From Rhina ancylostomus (lineage: Eukaryota): DNA of 61,334 bases. The position numbers and the translations under genes are program-made. The notes under the pieces are model-generated. The model ran no database searches, was not told the origin of the DNA, and saw only the letters and a program-made list of their open reading frames with translations. The DNA is taken from positions 17,263,676 to 17,325,009 of the forward strand of contig JARFYF010000059.1 of NCBI GenBank assembly GCA_030265395.1. The letters are read 5' to 3'. Shown in pieces: positions 49,260-61,334 of this stretch; the stretch's first letter is position 1, and every line of letters begins with the position of its first letter.

Positions 49260-51330
49260 AAATCTGGATTTTAATGTATTAGCCCACTCCTTTCCACATT
49301 CCCAATGATCTTTCCTTGATTTATGATGCTAGAATGTACCTCACCCCCACTATGAGGCTAACTTGTCTAGTTATCCCTACCATTTTTTAATGAGCTTGTA
49401 ATATTTGCATTTCTGTGGATCAAGGGAGGACTGGAAAATTATGGCCACCGCTTGCTCAATTCTCATCCTTACTTACTGCAGTAATCAAGTTTCATCTGTG
49501 TATTAGTTAGCAGTACTCTTGAACCTGGGTCATAAGATTGGAAATGCAAGACCTCCACAAAAAACTTGAACACAAGTATAAAAGCTAACATTTCAGTGCA
49601 GTATGGTCCCACTTATAAGATAAGACATTAAACTGAGGCCCCATATGACATTTTAAAAAAGAACAGTAGTGTTCTCGTGGCCAACATATCCCTCACTCAA
49701 CATCACTGAAACAATTTATTTGATGATTTATCACATTGCTATTTGTGTGTGCTTACTGTGCGCAAACTGGCTGCTATGTTTTCTAAATGCAGCAAGTACG
49801 AGAAGAGTACTTATCTAGGTATAAGCCACTTTGGGATGTCCTAATGTAGTGCTATGCAAATACAACTTTTGCATGCTTCCTTTTAGGTCACGAAACTTAT
49901 CTCTTTGACATTTGCCAGCCTTTTGAGTAACCATTCTTGATTTTTATCATGTCCAGTATCTCTGCAATGTTCCATACTACTGCATTAGTATTGAATTGCC
50001 TTTTCTTGTCAAGACAGATGTAAATCACATATATCATAACCAGAAATACTCTTTGCCTCCCTTTTTTAGTCCTATTGATTGCTAACTTTCCTTTGCTTAT
50101 TCTTTCACTATCCATTGACTTATCAACAACTTTTGCATCTCATTTATTTTAGCCACTATCGTATTTTCTCCCTTTGCCCCAGTTATTTCTTTATTTTAGT
50201 CCTCAAATCTCCTAAATTCAGCTTGTTTTTGCACTGTTTTATAATTGTTCCATTTGTCACAAGCATCATTTTCTAACGTTTTAATCTCTAAGTTGTTAGC
50301 TAACTAAAGAATCCCAGATCAGTATGCTGTATCCCTTCCTCCTCAAGGAAATATGCCTATTTTGTACCCAAATTATGTCCTCTACAAAGGCTTCCCACTG
50401 TTTAATTATTGTTTAACTGAATACATTTTGATTCCAGTATACCATGACTGGGTCCTTTTCTAACTCATTGAATTTAACTGGTCGTCAGTTAAATATTTTT
50501 AAACTCAATTGTTCCTATTCTCCCATCTTTCTCATAACTTTTATAAAGCAAATAACATTGTGATCACTCTTCTCCAAATTCTACACCATATGCTCCATTT
50601 CATTTTCTAAAAATGGATACAATTCTGCTTTCTTCCACACTGGGCTGGAAACTCAGACTGAGAAAGTTTGTATGCAGTTCAGAAATTCCACCCCTTTGTT
50701 CTTTGCAGTCTTTATTTAGAACAACTGAAGATTTCCGTTATCATTACTCAGTAGGTTCATAAATCTTGCTGACATTTGTCTGCAAATTAGCAGTCATTTT
50801 ATCTTGATCTTCGGTATATTATAGTATGATCTATCTAGGGTGATAACTCCTCTCCATTCCTTAATTCTGACCAAATAGATTCTGTCTTTGACCTCTCNNN
50901 NNNNNNNNNNNNNNNNNNNNNNNNNNNNNNNNNNNNNNNNNNNNNNNNNNNNNNNNNNNNNNNNNNNNNNNNNNNNNNNNNNNNNNNNNNNNNNNNNTGT
51001 CTTTGACCTCTCAATTATTTCTTCCTACCAAACCTCTTTGATCATATGTGGCATCCCACCCCCTCTTTCCTCCAATCCCAATTTTTCTAGAATGCTTTGT
51101 AATCAAGAATAGCAAACTCTTGTGGCAACCTAATAACCATACAACGTGCATTCACTCAAAACTCATCTTAGCCAGCTTTACATTTGGTTCTTGTATCCCC
51201 TCCCACTATGATCCCTACCATATTGGAACTGTTTTTGTTTTTGTCTTTCTCTGTCTCATTTCTAAGGTCACCTCAGAACTGATCCCACTGCTGCAGGAAT
51301 CTAAACTTTTCCATTCTGCATCATTTTTCT
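49260..51330 (-). mobile_element. Highly degenerate CR1-type LINE ORF2 remnants
   Basis: Scattered CR1-like segments (SLVVGG/NYRPVSL-like at ~49340-49370; endonuclease-like at 50560-50880). No intact ORF. Confidence 0.5.
49505..49870 (+). mobile_element. DeuSINE/SacSINE1-like element nested in an old CR1
   Basis: TAAGACATTAAACTGAGGCCCC...GGCCAACATATCCCTCA...ATCACATTGCT.TTTGTG...GCTTACTGTGCGCAAACTGGCTGC. Confidence 0.7.
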
Positions 51331-52464
51331 AGATATGCTTGAACCTAACGCAGAGATGAGTTTGCTACCGCAGAGGACAGGCTGCCTAAAGCAATTTCCA
51401 TCCTCCATCTCAAAATCATTGCGCAAAATGAAATAAACTGCTCAAAACTTGGCTAAAACTAAACAAGCTTGTAGGTACAATTGCAAAATAAAGACGAAGA
51501 ACACAAAGGAGGAAGTCAGAAAACTAAGGGTTAAAACACAAACACTTGGTTGCTTGGTGACAAATACCAAAAAAAGAAAGAGAAAATCCCATCTTTTGTT
51601 GATCCAGTAATACCAGTATGGCCGGAACTGAGGCAAGGCATAACAGCGCTTCTAGGTCTTGTTGCACAAGTGTTTTTTGGAATACAAACAAGTCCAGCAT
51701 GGCCCAGCCACCTACCATTTGCATCTGAGGAGCACGCCACACGGAAACAAAAAAACCAAGCAATAGAAACATTTGGCAGCATGCCCCAGACACAGAATAA
51801 CCTGCCACACCAGTCTCTTTGTTTGTACAATATACAGGGGTGTTCTGCTGTAAATCAGCCTTGACTGCTCAGTCTTTATCAACTCTTGTCTGCACTGATA
51901 AACATGCACCTATTTTTGTCAGGTGGTGACTCCAATGTGTGTTTGTATATACCCTCTGACAAAGAAGCAGCCAAAGGCCTGCTTGTGCTAAAATTCTTTC
52001 ATTGTCAGTCTACCACTGGAACCTCAGAATTCCATTACAGAAAAGGGAAAGTATGACATAGTTTTGAGTAGGTCAGCCTTGTCAGGGAATTATCACTTCA
52101 GTACAATGGCTAGATTTCATTCTTGTACCATTGGGTTATCTACCTAAATCTATAGCTTGGCTTCTTGTAGCACCTGTCACGCAAGGAACTGTCAGAACTG
52201 AGAGAAAGGGTATCAAACAATATTGGGAGAGATGCCCAACAATCTGCTCTGTTGGTTAGCAATGAAGGGACGGCCAGATTATGAAGGTAATGTAATGAGG
52301 CAGGGTCAAGAAGAGGGAAATAGAGCAGAAGAGGGACATATTGAAGACAGTGGTGGATGAAGGAAAGTGTAAAATTAGATGTTTGGAAGGGGATCACAGT
52401 TCAGGGGAAGGTAGTTGAGTTGGCAGATCTTGATCACAGTAGAGAAAGAGGTGGAGACGCAGAT

Positions 52465-54985
52465 TAGAGAATCATAAAATGGTTAGAGCACATCATATCT
52501 GGGCTGGCTCTCTAACAGATCATTTCCACTCCAAGGCCCTTTCATGATAACCTTGTAAATTTTGCTCCACTATATTTTCTCTCTTAAAAGCCTTACCTCC
52601 ACTGCATCTGCAGGTGGTGCACATGAGATTCCAACCACTTATTGCATATTAAGAGCTTTTCTTTATAATGAATTCTCTTCCCTTTTATTTTATACCTGTG
52701 ATCTCAAGGTCTCAACTATTCCATCAAAGAAAACAGCCCCTCACTATCTATTCTGTCCAGATTCCTCATCATTTTATATATTCCCATCAAATCTCCATTG
52801 AACCTTATTTTTCCCAAAGGAAACTGTATCAGCCTCACTCGTAGTCCTTCATCCTATGAACAATTCTCATATATCTTTTGTGGACCCTCTCTAATGTTTT
52901 TGTATGCTTATGGTGACCAGGATTGAACCAAATACTCAGCTTAAGGCTGGACTAATGTTTTATGAAGGTTCAACAGGACTCCCCGGCTTTTTTCTCTTTA
53001 TGCCTCTATTGTTAAAGCTCAGAACTGTGTATTAATAACCGCTTTCTCAACCTGTCCTCCCTCTTCCAATGATCTGTGCACATAGGTCCCTCCGCTCCTA
53101 TGCTCCTTTTATAACAGTATTCTAAATTGCCTCTCCTCATGCTTGCAACCAAAATGTGTCACCTTACCTTTCTCTATCGTAAATTCATCTGCCTTGTGTT
53201 TGCCAATTCCACCAGTCTATTTGTATCCTGATGCAATCTATCACTATCCTTTCCTCAGTCTTGCATCATCCTCAAATTTATAAATTGTGGCTTACACCCC
53301 AAGTCTAGGTTATTAATATAAATTAAGAAAAAGCAACAGCCCTAACACCAATCCCTGAGGAATGCCACCATTTACCTTCCTTCAATCTAAAGAGTATCCA
53401 TTCACTATGACTCTCTGTTATTTGGTCTTTAGCCAACTTTGTATCCATGCTATGAATATCCCTTTATGCCAACTGCTTCAGCTTTACTGATAAGCCTGTT
53501 ATGTGACACCTTACAAAAAGCCTTCTGGAAGTGTATGTACACTTGGTTGACGGCATTATCCTCATCAACTCTATCTGTTCCCTCTTCAAAAACATTCTGT
53601 CAAATCGGCTGAACACAATTTGCAGTTAATAATCTGAAACATTCAAGCTGAAATTTACTCACATCCATAGAGGCGTCATTTTCAGTGGCCTTAATGGTAT
53701 CTGTGTTATCCACAGAAAGTCTGTAACCTTAAACCTTACAAATAATGAAGTGTACTTCGCTGAGAAGCGAAGTATGAATCCCATCTGGTATTGCTTTAAA
53801 ATGAGTTAATTTTTCTTATACCTCCAGAGATTCAGGGTGAGCTAGCCAACTGGATACAAAGTTGGTTTGGTGGTAGGAGGCAGAAGGTGGAAGAATGTGA
53901 TTCCAACTAGAGAAGGTGCAGAAAAGATTCACAAGATTGTTACTGGGACTGGAGGGCTCAGTTATAAGGACAGACTGATGGGCTGGGTCTGATTTCCCTG
54001 GAGCTAAGGAAGATGAGGGGTGACCTTATAGAGGTATATAAGATTATGAGGGGCATACATAAGGTTGTTTTTCTCCAGGGTATGGTAGTCTAAAACTAAA
54101 GGACATAAGTTTAAGGTGAGGGGAATTTAAAGATGATCTGAGGGGCAAGTTTTTCATACAGAGGGTGGATATATGGAACGAACTGCCAGAGGAAGTGGTA
54201 CAGGCAGGTACAATTACAACATTTAAAAGAAATTTAGACAGGTACATGGCTAGGAATGGTTTAGATGGATATGGGCCAAATGCAGGCAAATGGGACTAGC
54301 TTAGGTGGACACCTTGGTCAGCATGGGTGAGTTGGACCAAAGGGCCTGTTTCTGTGCTGTTTAACTCAATGACTGTTATGATTCTTTGTTATAAATTTTT
54401 TAAAATATCCATTGCCTCAACTATGTCCTCCTTCACTATTACTTTGGAAGCATCTTCTTTCCAATGAAGAAATATGCACTCATTTATTATTTTAACAGTT
54501 TCCTTAGTATCCACGAACAAGTTCATATTTTGTCATTGATAAGTTCCACTCCTCCGTGTACTACTACTTTATTATTTATATACTTATTGAACAATTTTGG
54601 ATTCCCACTTAAGTTGGCAGCTCTTTATTCCCACATGTTCTCCTTGTCCCACTTGTTTTAATTTTCATTTCGCCCCGATCAGCCTGGTTCTCACTGGTAT
54701 TTTGAACCTAACACGTCATAAGCAGCTGTTGTTTGCTTTATCTTCCTCTGTATCTCTTTCATTATTCAGGGAGCTCTGGATTTGTATGTTCTTCCTTTGC
54801 CCCTTGTGAGCATATGCCTCAACTGTTCCTGAGCTATATCTTCTTTAAAGGCAGCTCATTGTTTTTTTGCAGTTATGCCTATCAACTTTGAATCCAATTT
54901 ACCCAGGACAGATCCAATTAAAATCAGCCTTCCACCAATTAATTATTTTTAATTTTGGTTGCTCCTTCTCCTTTTCTATAGTCAA
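52465..54985 (-). mobile_element. Old CR1-type LINE with a younger opposite-strand CR1 inserted
   Basis: Reverse complement of RT motifs at 53340-53540 (GIPQGLVLG, YTLPEGF/DFQKAF-like) and a tail at ~52470. It resumes after 54390. Confidence 0.7.
53810..54385 (+). mobile_element. CR1/HER1-type LINE 3' portion
   Basis: LEKVQKRFTRLLLGLEGLSYKDRL...GDLIEVYKIMRGI...RGKFFIQR and tail GGACCAAAGGGCCTGTTTCTGTGCTGT. Confidence 0.92.
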
Positions 54986-55549
54986 CCTATATCTCCCTCA
55001 TGCTCAGACCTTCTCAAATTTGGTTGGGTCTTTGGCATTGTAGTTACTTATTGATCTGAAGAAAGCATGACATCCTGACTTCACTCACTGTTGACTTTTT
55101 CTCCTTATTCATTTTTCAGGAATTGGGAATTCAGTATTTATTGCCATAATTGCCTCTGAGAAGGTGATAGTGAGCCACTGCCAAGCCCTTCCGGTGACAT
55201 AGAAGTTATGTTAACTAAATCGCTTACAAGGCCTTCTTGAGAGTTAAGTGCTGTGGGTATGGAGTCAAATACAGGCAAATACAGGGTAAGCATGGCAGAT
55301 TCCTTCCCTCAATGAACATTAATGAACTAGATGCTTTTATTTGCAAAAAAACAACTTTTTTGTTAAATTCCAAATTATTTAATTAACTGAATTTAATTTC
55401 CATTGTTGCTTTTGTGTGATTTGAATATGCATTTCTGCAGTTTAATTAATGGTCTATCAGCACACTTGTGCCCCTATTTTCATAGTTGATTCCATATCCA
55501 CTTCAGGAATAAGTTTGTCCAACAAATTTCTTCAACATGTTACATGTCT

Positions 55550-56975
55550 CTCACTTCCTCCAAGTTCCACAAGATAATTGTTTACTACTGCAAAATTGAA
55601 TTTTCACCATTATCCCAGTTTTGTATATTATATTTGCTTGTCAGTCTTAATATGCTCACATCAACAGCACTGTTAGTATTAATTCTAATTGATAGAATGT
55701 GTCATTGTACGATATTTGAATAAAAGTCAGTTGACCAGTGTCCATGGTTGAACTTGAACAACCTTGGAAAACACTTCTCTTCAAGACTTCCTTCAGGATA
55801 CATATGGCATATGGACCTTTCAGTGGCCCCACTGTAGGTAAGATGGCATGAGGGAATTTAATAAATGATTGATACAATTTCCGTCATGAAGTTTGTAAAG
55901 AGATATGTGAATTCAGATCCAACATCTAACATCAACTCTTCAAATATACAATGTGTCGCAAAAATCAGGCACAGTTCAATGTTCTGCTGTTGGGAATGTT
56001 ATATTAGTAAATATATAAAGAAGTCATGAACAAGTGATGTAATGATATCATCATATGTGTGACACAAACACCATTGATTGTTGATACCGCCACTAAATCA
56101 AGTAGTGATGAAGAAATTCACATCAATGAATCAATAATTACAAGAAAGTTTCATTGTTTTTCTGGTAATAATTGATGTTAACTCTCCGTAATAATTGTGT
56201 TGACTATCTTCATGTCTGTAGAGTTATCTAGTGGTTTTGATATGTACTCTTCACTGACATATTAACTTTCAAAATCTTAATCAAGACCTGGCCAGTATTG
56301 GAAACTTCTGGCATTAACCTTCATATTAAAATGCCAGTATGGTCTTGAAGAACTGCCTTCACGTCACATTGGGTATGACTGTTCTATGTTGCCACTTTAG
56401 ACATTCTCAATCAAAGAGCAGTTTGTATCTTCTATTGTAACTTGGCTGCATATCCAATTCTAGATACTCATCTGAACTGGTCCTACTTTTGAGAGTGCTG
56501 TCATAGACTTGTTTAGAAGCCTAATCTGTTGTTCTAGATTCTGAAACAATTACTGAAAAGACATCGCCCACTAATTGTGAGGCAGAAATTATTCTCTCGC
56601 TAACTATATCAGAATCTTCATGGATCTCCTGAATGATAAATAACTTTGAGCAATGAATCTCTGGTCTTCTTACCCAATCCTTGCTTAGTAATGTCATTTG
56701 CTCTGTGTAGGCATCTACAGCTGTTGGCAATTATAATTTTTGGCTGTCGTAACACACAGTGCATTGTATATGACCTAACACCTTTGATACTTCACCTGAG
56801 TATGTTTTAAGATTAACTGTACCTTCTATCAAGGATAGTTTGCTGTATTTCTTGCTGTAAGCATCTCTACCTGTGATTGAATAATCATCTGATATATCAA
56901 TATCCATTTTTACAGCCTGGTTATTTACTTGTACTTTAATTCTGAAATCTTACCATTTCTTTCCATTTGCTCCCA
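55550..56975 (-). mobile_element. Degenerate Ty3/Gypsy LTR-retrotransposon pol remnant (protease and pre-RT region)
   Basis: Minus-strand fragments IKVQVNNQAVKMDID (~56935-56893), LKTYSGEVSKVLGHIQCTVCYD (~56810-56745), TLLSKDW (~56695-56675) and VGPLKGPYAICILKE (~55835-55790), in the order expected for Gypsy protease to RT. Confidence 0.55.
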
Positions 56976-58021
56976 TGGTATAGATTTATTCAGGTTGGTA
57001 TTGATCTGAAGCACACTCTTGCCTTAATTAAGTTTCTTTGGCAAATTCATGAGTCTGGAAATCAGCTAACTCAGCATAAACTAGGGAAGGAAACTGGGAC
57101 TTACTTGATTCATCGAGGTTAATTGCCAAATATGCCAGGAACTGTTTTGAAATTAAATCCTTATTATCCAAAGTGAGATTGAGATCATCCATGTAGTGCC
57201 TCTACTGCTTCCTCTCATGTCCTGAGCCTTCTCAATAATTTTTTGACAGAAGAAGTTCAGTTCATCCAGGTCAGGGGAACTCTTAAGAAAATGAAACACA
57301 AGGCTACAGTTTACAGTAATCCAAAAGCAAAATTCTGCAGATGCTGGAAATCTGAAATAAAAAAACTCAACAGGNNNNNNNNNNNNNNNNNNNNNNNNNN
57401 NNNNNNNNNNNNNNNNNNNNNNNNNNNNNNNNNNNNNNNNNNNNNNNNNNNNNNNNNNNNNNNNNNNNNNNNNNNNNAAAGGGGAGGGCCTGCATTAGGG
57501 TGGAAACCAGGAAAAAATTGAATTGATATGAATGGTGATTGTGCTGCACTTCATCAAATACACATTCCCTTTCTCAAATCGCCTTTCAATCCAGAAATGC
57601 AATATCTGCCGATTTTTATTCATTATTCAGTGGGGCAAACATTCTTTCCTGGTGATTTACTTGAACAGTTTTCAGGTTAGAACACTGCAATCAGTGCTCA
57701 TAATGTTGTCTTTTCTATTCTAAGGAAACCAAACAGAGATTGGGTTACCACTGGCAGAACAACTTAATTCAAAATATAACATGACCTTGACCTTGTAGTT
57801 TCCATTTGCTCGTCATTTAATTCTCCATCTTATTCCAACTCTGATCTCTGTTCCAACAAATTTCAATTTAAACTCAAGGAACAGTATCCCTTCCACTAGC
57901 TTGTCACATTATATCCTTCAGGGCATAACACTGAATTTAACAGTTTCAGATTATCCACCATTCCAGTCCTGTTTTTCACATTTCCAGCATTCAATTTTTT
58001 ACTTCTGGTATTTCAAAAAAA

Positions 58022-58305
58022 CTGTATGCTGGAAATGTGAAAAATGTGAACTTCTATTTACACATTCTCCAGACCCTTTGTTATTCACTAACTTTTACCA
58101 TCGTCCTTCAGCATGACTTGTGTCCCTGAATCAGTCCTAGTCTCCACCCTATGAGACATTCCCTTTTGTTCTCTCTGCTCCTCCTCTTTTCTCTGTAACT
58201 TTAAAATTGTTTCATTTCTAACTCTTCCCAATTCTGATGAAATGTTCACTGTTTCTGTATGGCTGCTGTTTGACCTGTTGAGCGTTTCCTGCATTTTTTT
58301 GATTT
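58022..58305. mobile_element. Old Penelope-like terminal-repeat remnant
   Basis: CTAACTCTTCCCAATTCTGATGAAATGTT...GCTGCTGTTTGACCTGTTGAGC, preceded by an inverted ATGCTGGAAAT. A further minus-strand end lies at 57330-57374. Confidence 0.5.
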
Positions 58306-59069
58306 TACTGCAGCTTACAAAATTGGCAGAGGAAAGAAGCTGTCATTAGGATCACTGTTGCCACCTTTGACCTCCTGGGCAAAGGTGTTATTTTTATAAA
58401 ATGGGAAGTCCTTGTTTTTTGGCAGAAGTTATGACTATTTTCTGTTTTGTGATTTGATTGACTGAAATAAATCTCTGTGCATTCCTTAATGGGTGGGTAT
58501 TGGCGAACGTACGTCAGAGTGTTCGTGTCTTGCACGTGCCAATGCTCCTTTATTTTTACAGCTGCTAATAATTGTCAGTAGCCAGCCCCACCTTTGTGCC
58601 AGTGTTAAAGGGCAAAGCAGCATGTAAGCAGCATCAATTTCCCACACAATAACTTGGGATTTATGGTGTTGTTGATGGTTGGAAACAATGCAAGCTGTCC
58701 TTTTTCAGAAGACTGCTATCAACTTATGTTTGCCTTTCATCCTTTTCTGTGCCGAGTAGTAGGTTAATCCTGTGTAATTGGATAGAGAACTCAGTTTTAC
58801 TTGTAGCATTGATTCTATGTGGTGAGTTTATTGACTGAGCAAAGCATCATCCTGATTGCCAGGGTAACCCACTGCTGCTTTGCTCCGACTAGAATTAAAG
58901 TGTAGGGTCATGTGACATTTGCATGAAGCATATTATTGGGTTCTAAGTCCAACATACTGTGCACAGCTCCTTATGTTCTTTCTGACCCCTCAGCCAAATT
59001 TTATTTTACAAAATTATATACCTTACTTCATGAAGTATATACATTCGCATGCGTCAACAATTCATGCAA

Positions 59070-59108
59070 AGTAAACTGCTCCATCAGTATAGTAAACTGC
59101 TCCATCAG
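59070..59108. repeat. Local tandem duplication (21-bp period)
   Basis: AGTAAACTGCTCCATCAG at 59070-59087 and 59091-59108. Confidence 0.9.
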
Positions 59109-60991
59109 ATATACTTCTGGCTGTAAATAGTACAAAACCTTAATTATAGACTAAAATCTTTAATATATTACAAAAGGATTAAACAGTGGGCTTGTATAAT
59201 AGACTTTCGCCACTGGTCTTTTGAGTAGGAGACACCCTACTTTAAGAGTGTCCTGCAGGATGCACCTTGGAGCTTAGAAAATACCAGTTAGAAAGAAGCA
59301 TAGACAGCTTCTTCAGCTGGAAGATCAGTGGATTCTAGCCAAGCCACAAGGATGCTTTGAACAAGCTGATGATCTTCTGCTTCTGTTTAGTCACAATGGG
59401 CAGACCTAGTTTTCCTAATGGGGGAGAGAAACAGAATCTCAGTAGTACCACTCAGTACTGAGGCTCCACACAAACCCCAAGGCAACTACACATAAAAGTG
59501 GCCAACAGGGTCATTGCTGCACTGGGAATAGTCTTCCCTCTTTATCTGGAACCTCGTACATGATGTTTGCATAATTTTCCTCTACACTGTCCCACCAAAA
59601 ACTGCTGGGGACTGTGTAGCATGGTGTAGATATAAAGAAAGCCACTTTCTTCACTGACGCATTGAACACTTCCAGGTCAATTACAGCACTTGTTGCACCG
59701 ACCCATTAATCTGATTTAGCTTTCAGTTTTGGTTTATTCATGGTTTCCACATTTACATTTTATGCTATAAATGATGTGTACTGTGTAAGAGACCCAACCT
59801 CCTCCAGTTTCTACCAGTTAGTGCTGTGTACTTGTGTCTGCTAGATTGGTGTTGAATTTATCCCAATTGCTTTAAGTACTGTGTTTTTACCATTGGTGAT
59901 ATTGGAGGGATTTGCACCAATGTGCAGGGGAGTAAATTCATGTCTCAATGTCTCTGCATTTGGCTGCTAAACAACGATTGTTGCATGTCTTGTGGCCTAC
60001 TGCTTTCCTGTGATTTTATTGCTGCCAGTTTGTTCCCGTTTACTATTTCTGTCTCCTGTGCATTAGTAATCAGATATCTTTCAGTCCTATTGCATTTTTG
60101 GGTGTGTTTTCAGTACTCATTAATTTAGTTGGCCTCTGACCACATTTACCATATTCTGATTACATTGCTGTTTACATGGAGTATATGAAGGTAGTATTCT
60201 GCAGATAATGGTCTTAAAGCCATCTATGTACAAAAGATTGGCTGTTACAGCATATATGTAAAGAGACATGTACTTAAAGGCTCAAACCTACTGATTTAAT
60301 GGGAGGAGACAAAACATAATTGACTTTTCCTAAAGAATGATATTTCTTGACTTTACTCATAATTACGCACTGTCTGCAAATTTGAATAAAATCAGTTGTT
60401 GGTATTCTTAGAAATGAGTACTCTTGATGGGCCTTTAGTCTTCTAGTTCCGCACCCAACGAATCAATTATCACTTGCAAGCCTCGACAGGGATTGTATCA
60501 CGCTACTCAACAGTAACCACAGCTGTTTGAATATCAAATACTTGCAACTATATAATTCTTAAAAAACACCTAAAACCACTCTATGGGAGTGACATTGGAA
60601 TCTGGTAGCAAGACACATAAGCAGCTGGAACAAATGACCAAAAACAAAGCCGAAGTGAGAGGTTTTATAAGGAGATCCTTAAAGGCAAGGAAGGGTAAGT
60701 TAGAAAACAAGAAGTGACCTGCAACCTACAACAGGGCAGCTAGTTTGATGAAAATCAGGAATGGCTAAGGTCCATAACTGGAGGAGTGTAGAAGTCTTGG
60801 AGAGTTGCAGGGCTAGATCATATTATAGAGATGAGGAGAAAGAATGGCAACTGATTTGAAAATAAGTTTGGACAAGGGTATGGGAAATGGGTGAATGGGA
60901 CCTGATCTAATCAGTAACTATTAATTAGGGGAACTTTCTAGCAGAAGTCACAGAATAGTAATTAGCAACACAAACCTAGAAATAAGATTTA

Positions 60992-61334
60992 ACCATAGAA
61001 TCCATAGAACAAGACAGCACAATACAGGCCCTTCAGCCCACCATGTTGTGCTGACCTTTAAACCACACCAAATACTATCTAACCCCTTCCTCCCACATAT
61101 CCCCCTATTTTAAATTCCTCCTTATGCTTATCTAACAATCTCTTGAACTCAACCAATGTACCTGCCTCCACCACTACCCCAGGCAGCGCATTCCATGCAC
61201 CAACCATTCTTTGGGTGAAAAACCTCCTTCTGATATCTCCCTTGAACTTCCTACCCGTTACTTTAAAGCCATGCCCTCTTGTATTGAGCATTGGTGCCCT
61301 GGGAAAGAGGTGCTGGCTGTCTACTCTATCTATT
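60992..61334 (-). mobile_element. Young CR1/HER1-type LINE 3' end, runs off the window
   Basis: ORF 61079..61291 (NTRGHGFKVTGRKFKGDIRRRFFTQRMVGAWNALP) and a terminal (TTCTATGG)2 repeat. Confidence 0.93.

Noticed and set aside
49660-49675. AGAACA-GTAG-TGTTCT as a GRE
   Set aside because: The spacer is 4 nt rather than 3, and it lies inside a SINE.

Overview
Vertebrate genomic DNA, AT-rich, from a gapped draft assembly. The repeat set points to a cartilaginous fish (shark, ray or skate): CR1/HER1-type LINEs, an HE1/V-SINE-like tail, DeuSINE/SacSINE1-like elements, Rex1/Babar and L2 tails. The window contains one protein-coding gene, ERRFI1 (MIG6/RALT/Gene33, EGFR feedback inhibitor), on the minus strand. 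Its coding exons are 11136-11257, 10300-10385 and 7871-9144. They splice in frame to about 458 aa once a spurious 100-N gap with a 5-bp flank overlap is collapsed. A probable non-coding first exon and promoter lie near 17.4-17.7 kb, and the 3'UTR probably runs to about 5.9 kb. The remaining ~43 kb upstream shows no recognisable gene and is filled with degenerate transposons and low-complexity DNA. The most interesting non-genic signal is a dispersed short repeat (about 10 copies). Its core reads as a minimal type-I hammerhead ribozyme (stem I-CUGANGA-stem II-GAAA-CG-UH-stem I), as known from Penelope-like element terminal repeats. Several copies are head-to-head fold-backs and several have 11-14 bp target-site duplications. 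Repeat family names and boundaries were recognised by eye and are approximate.
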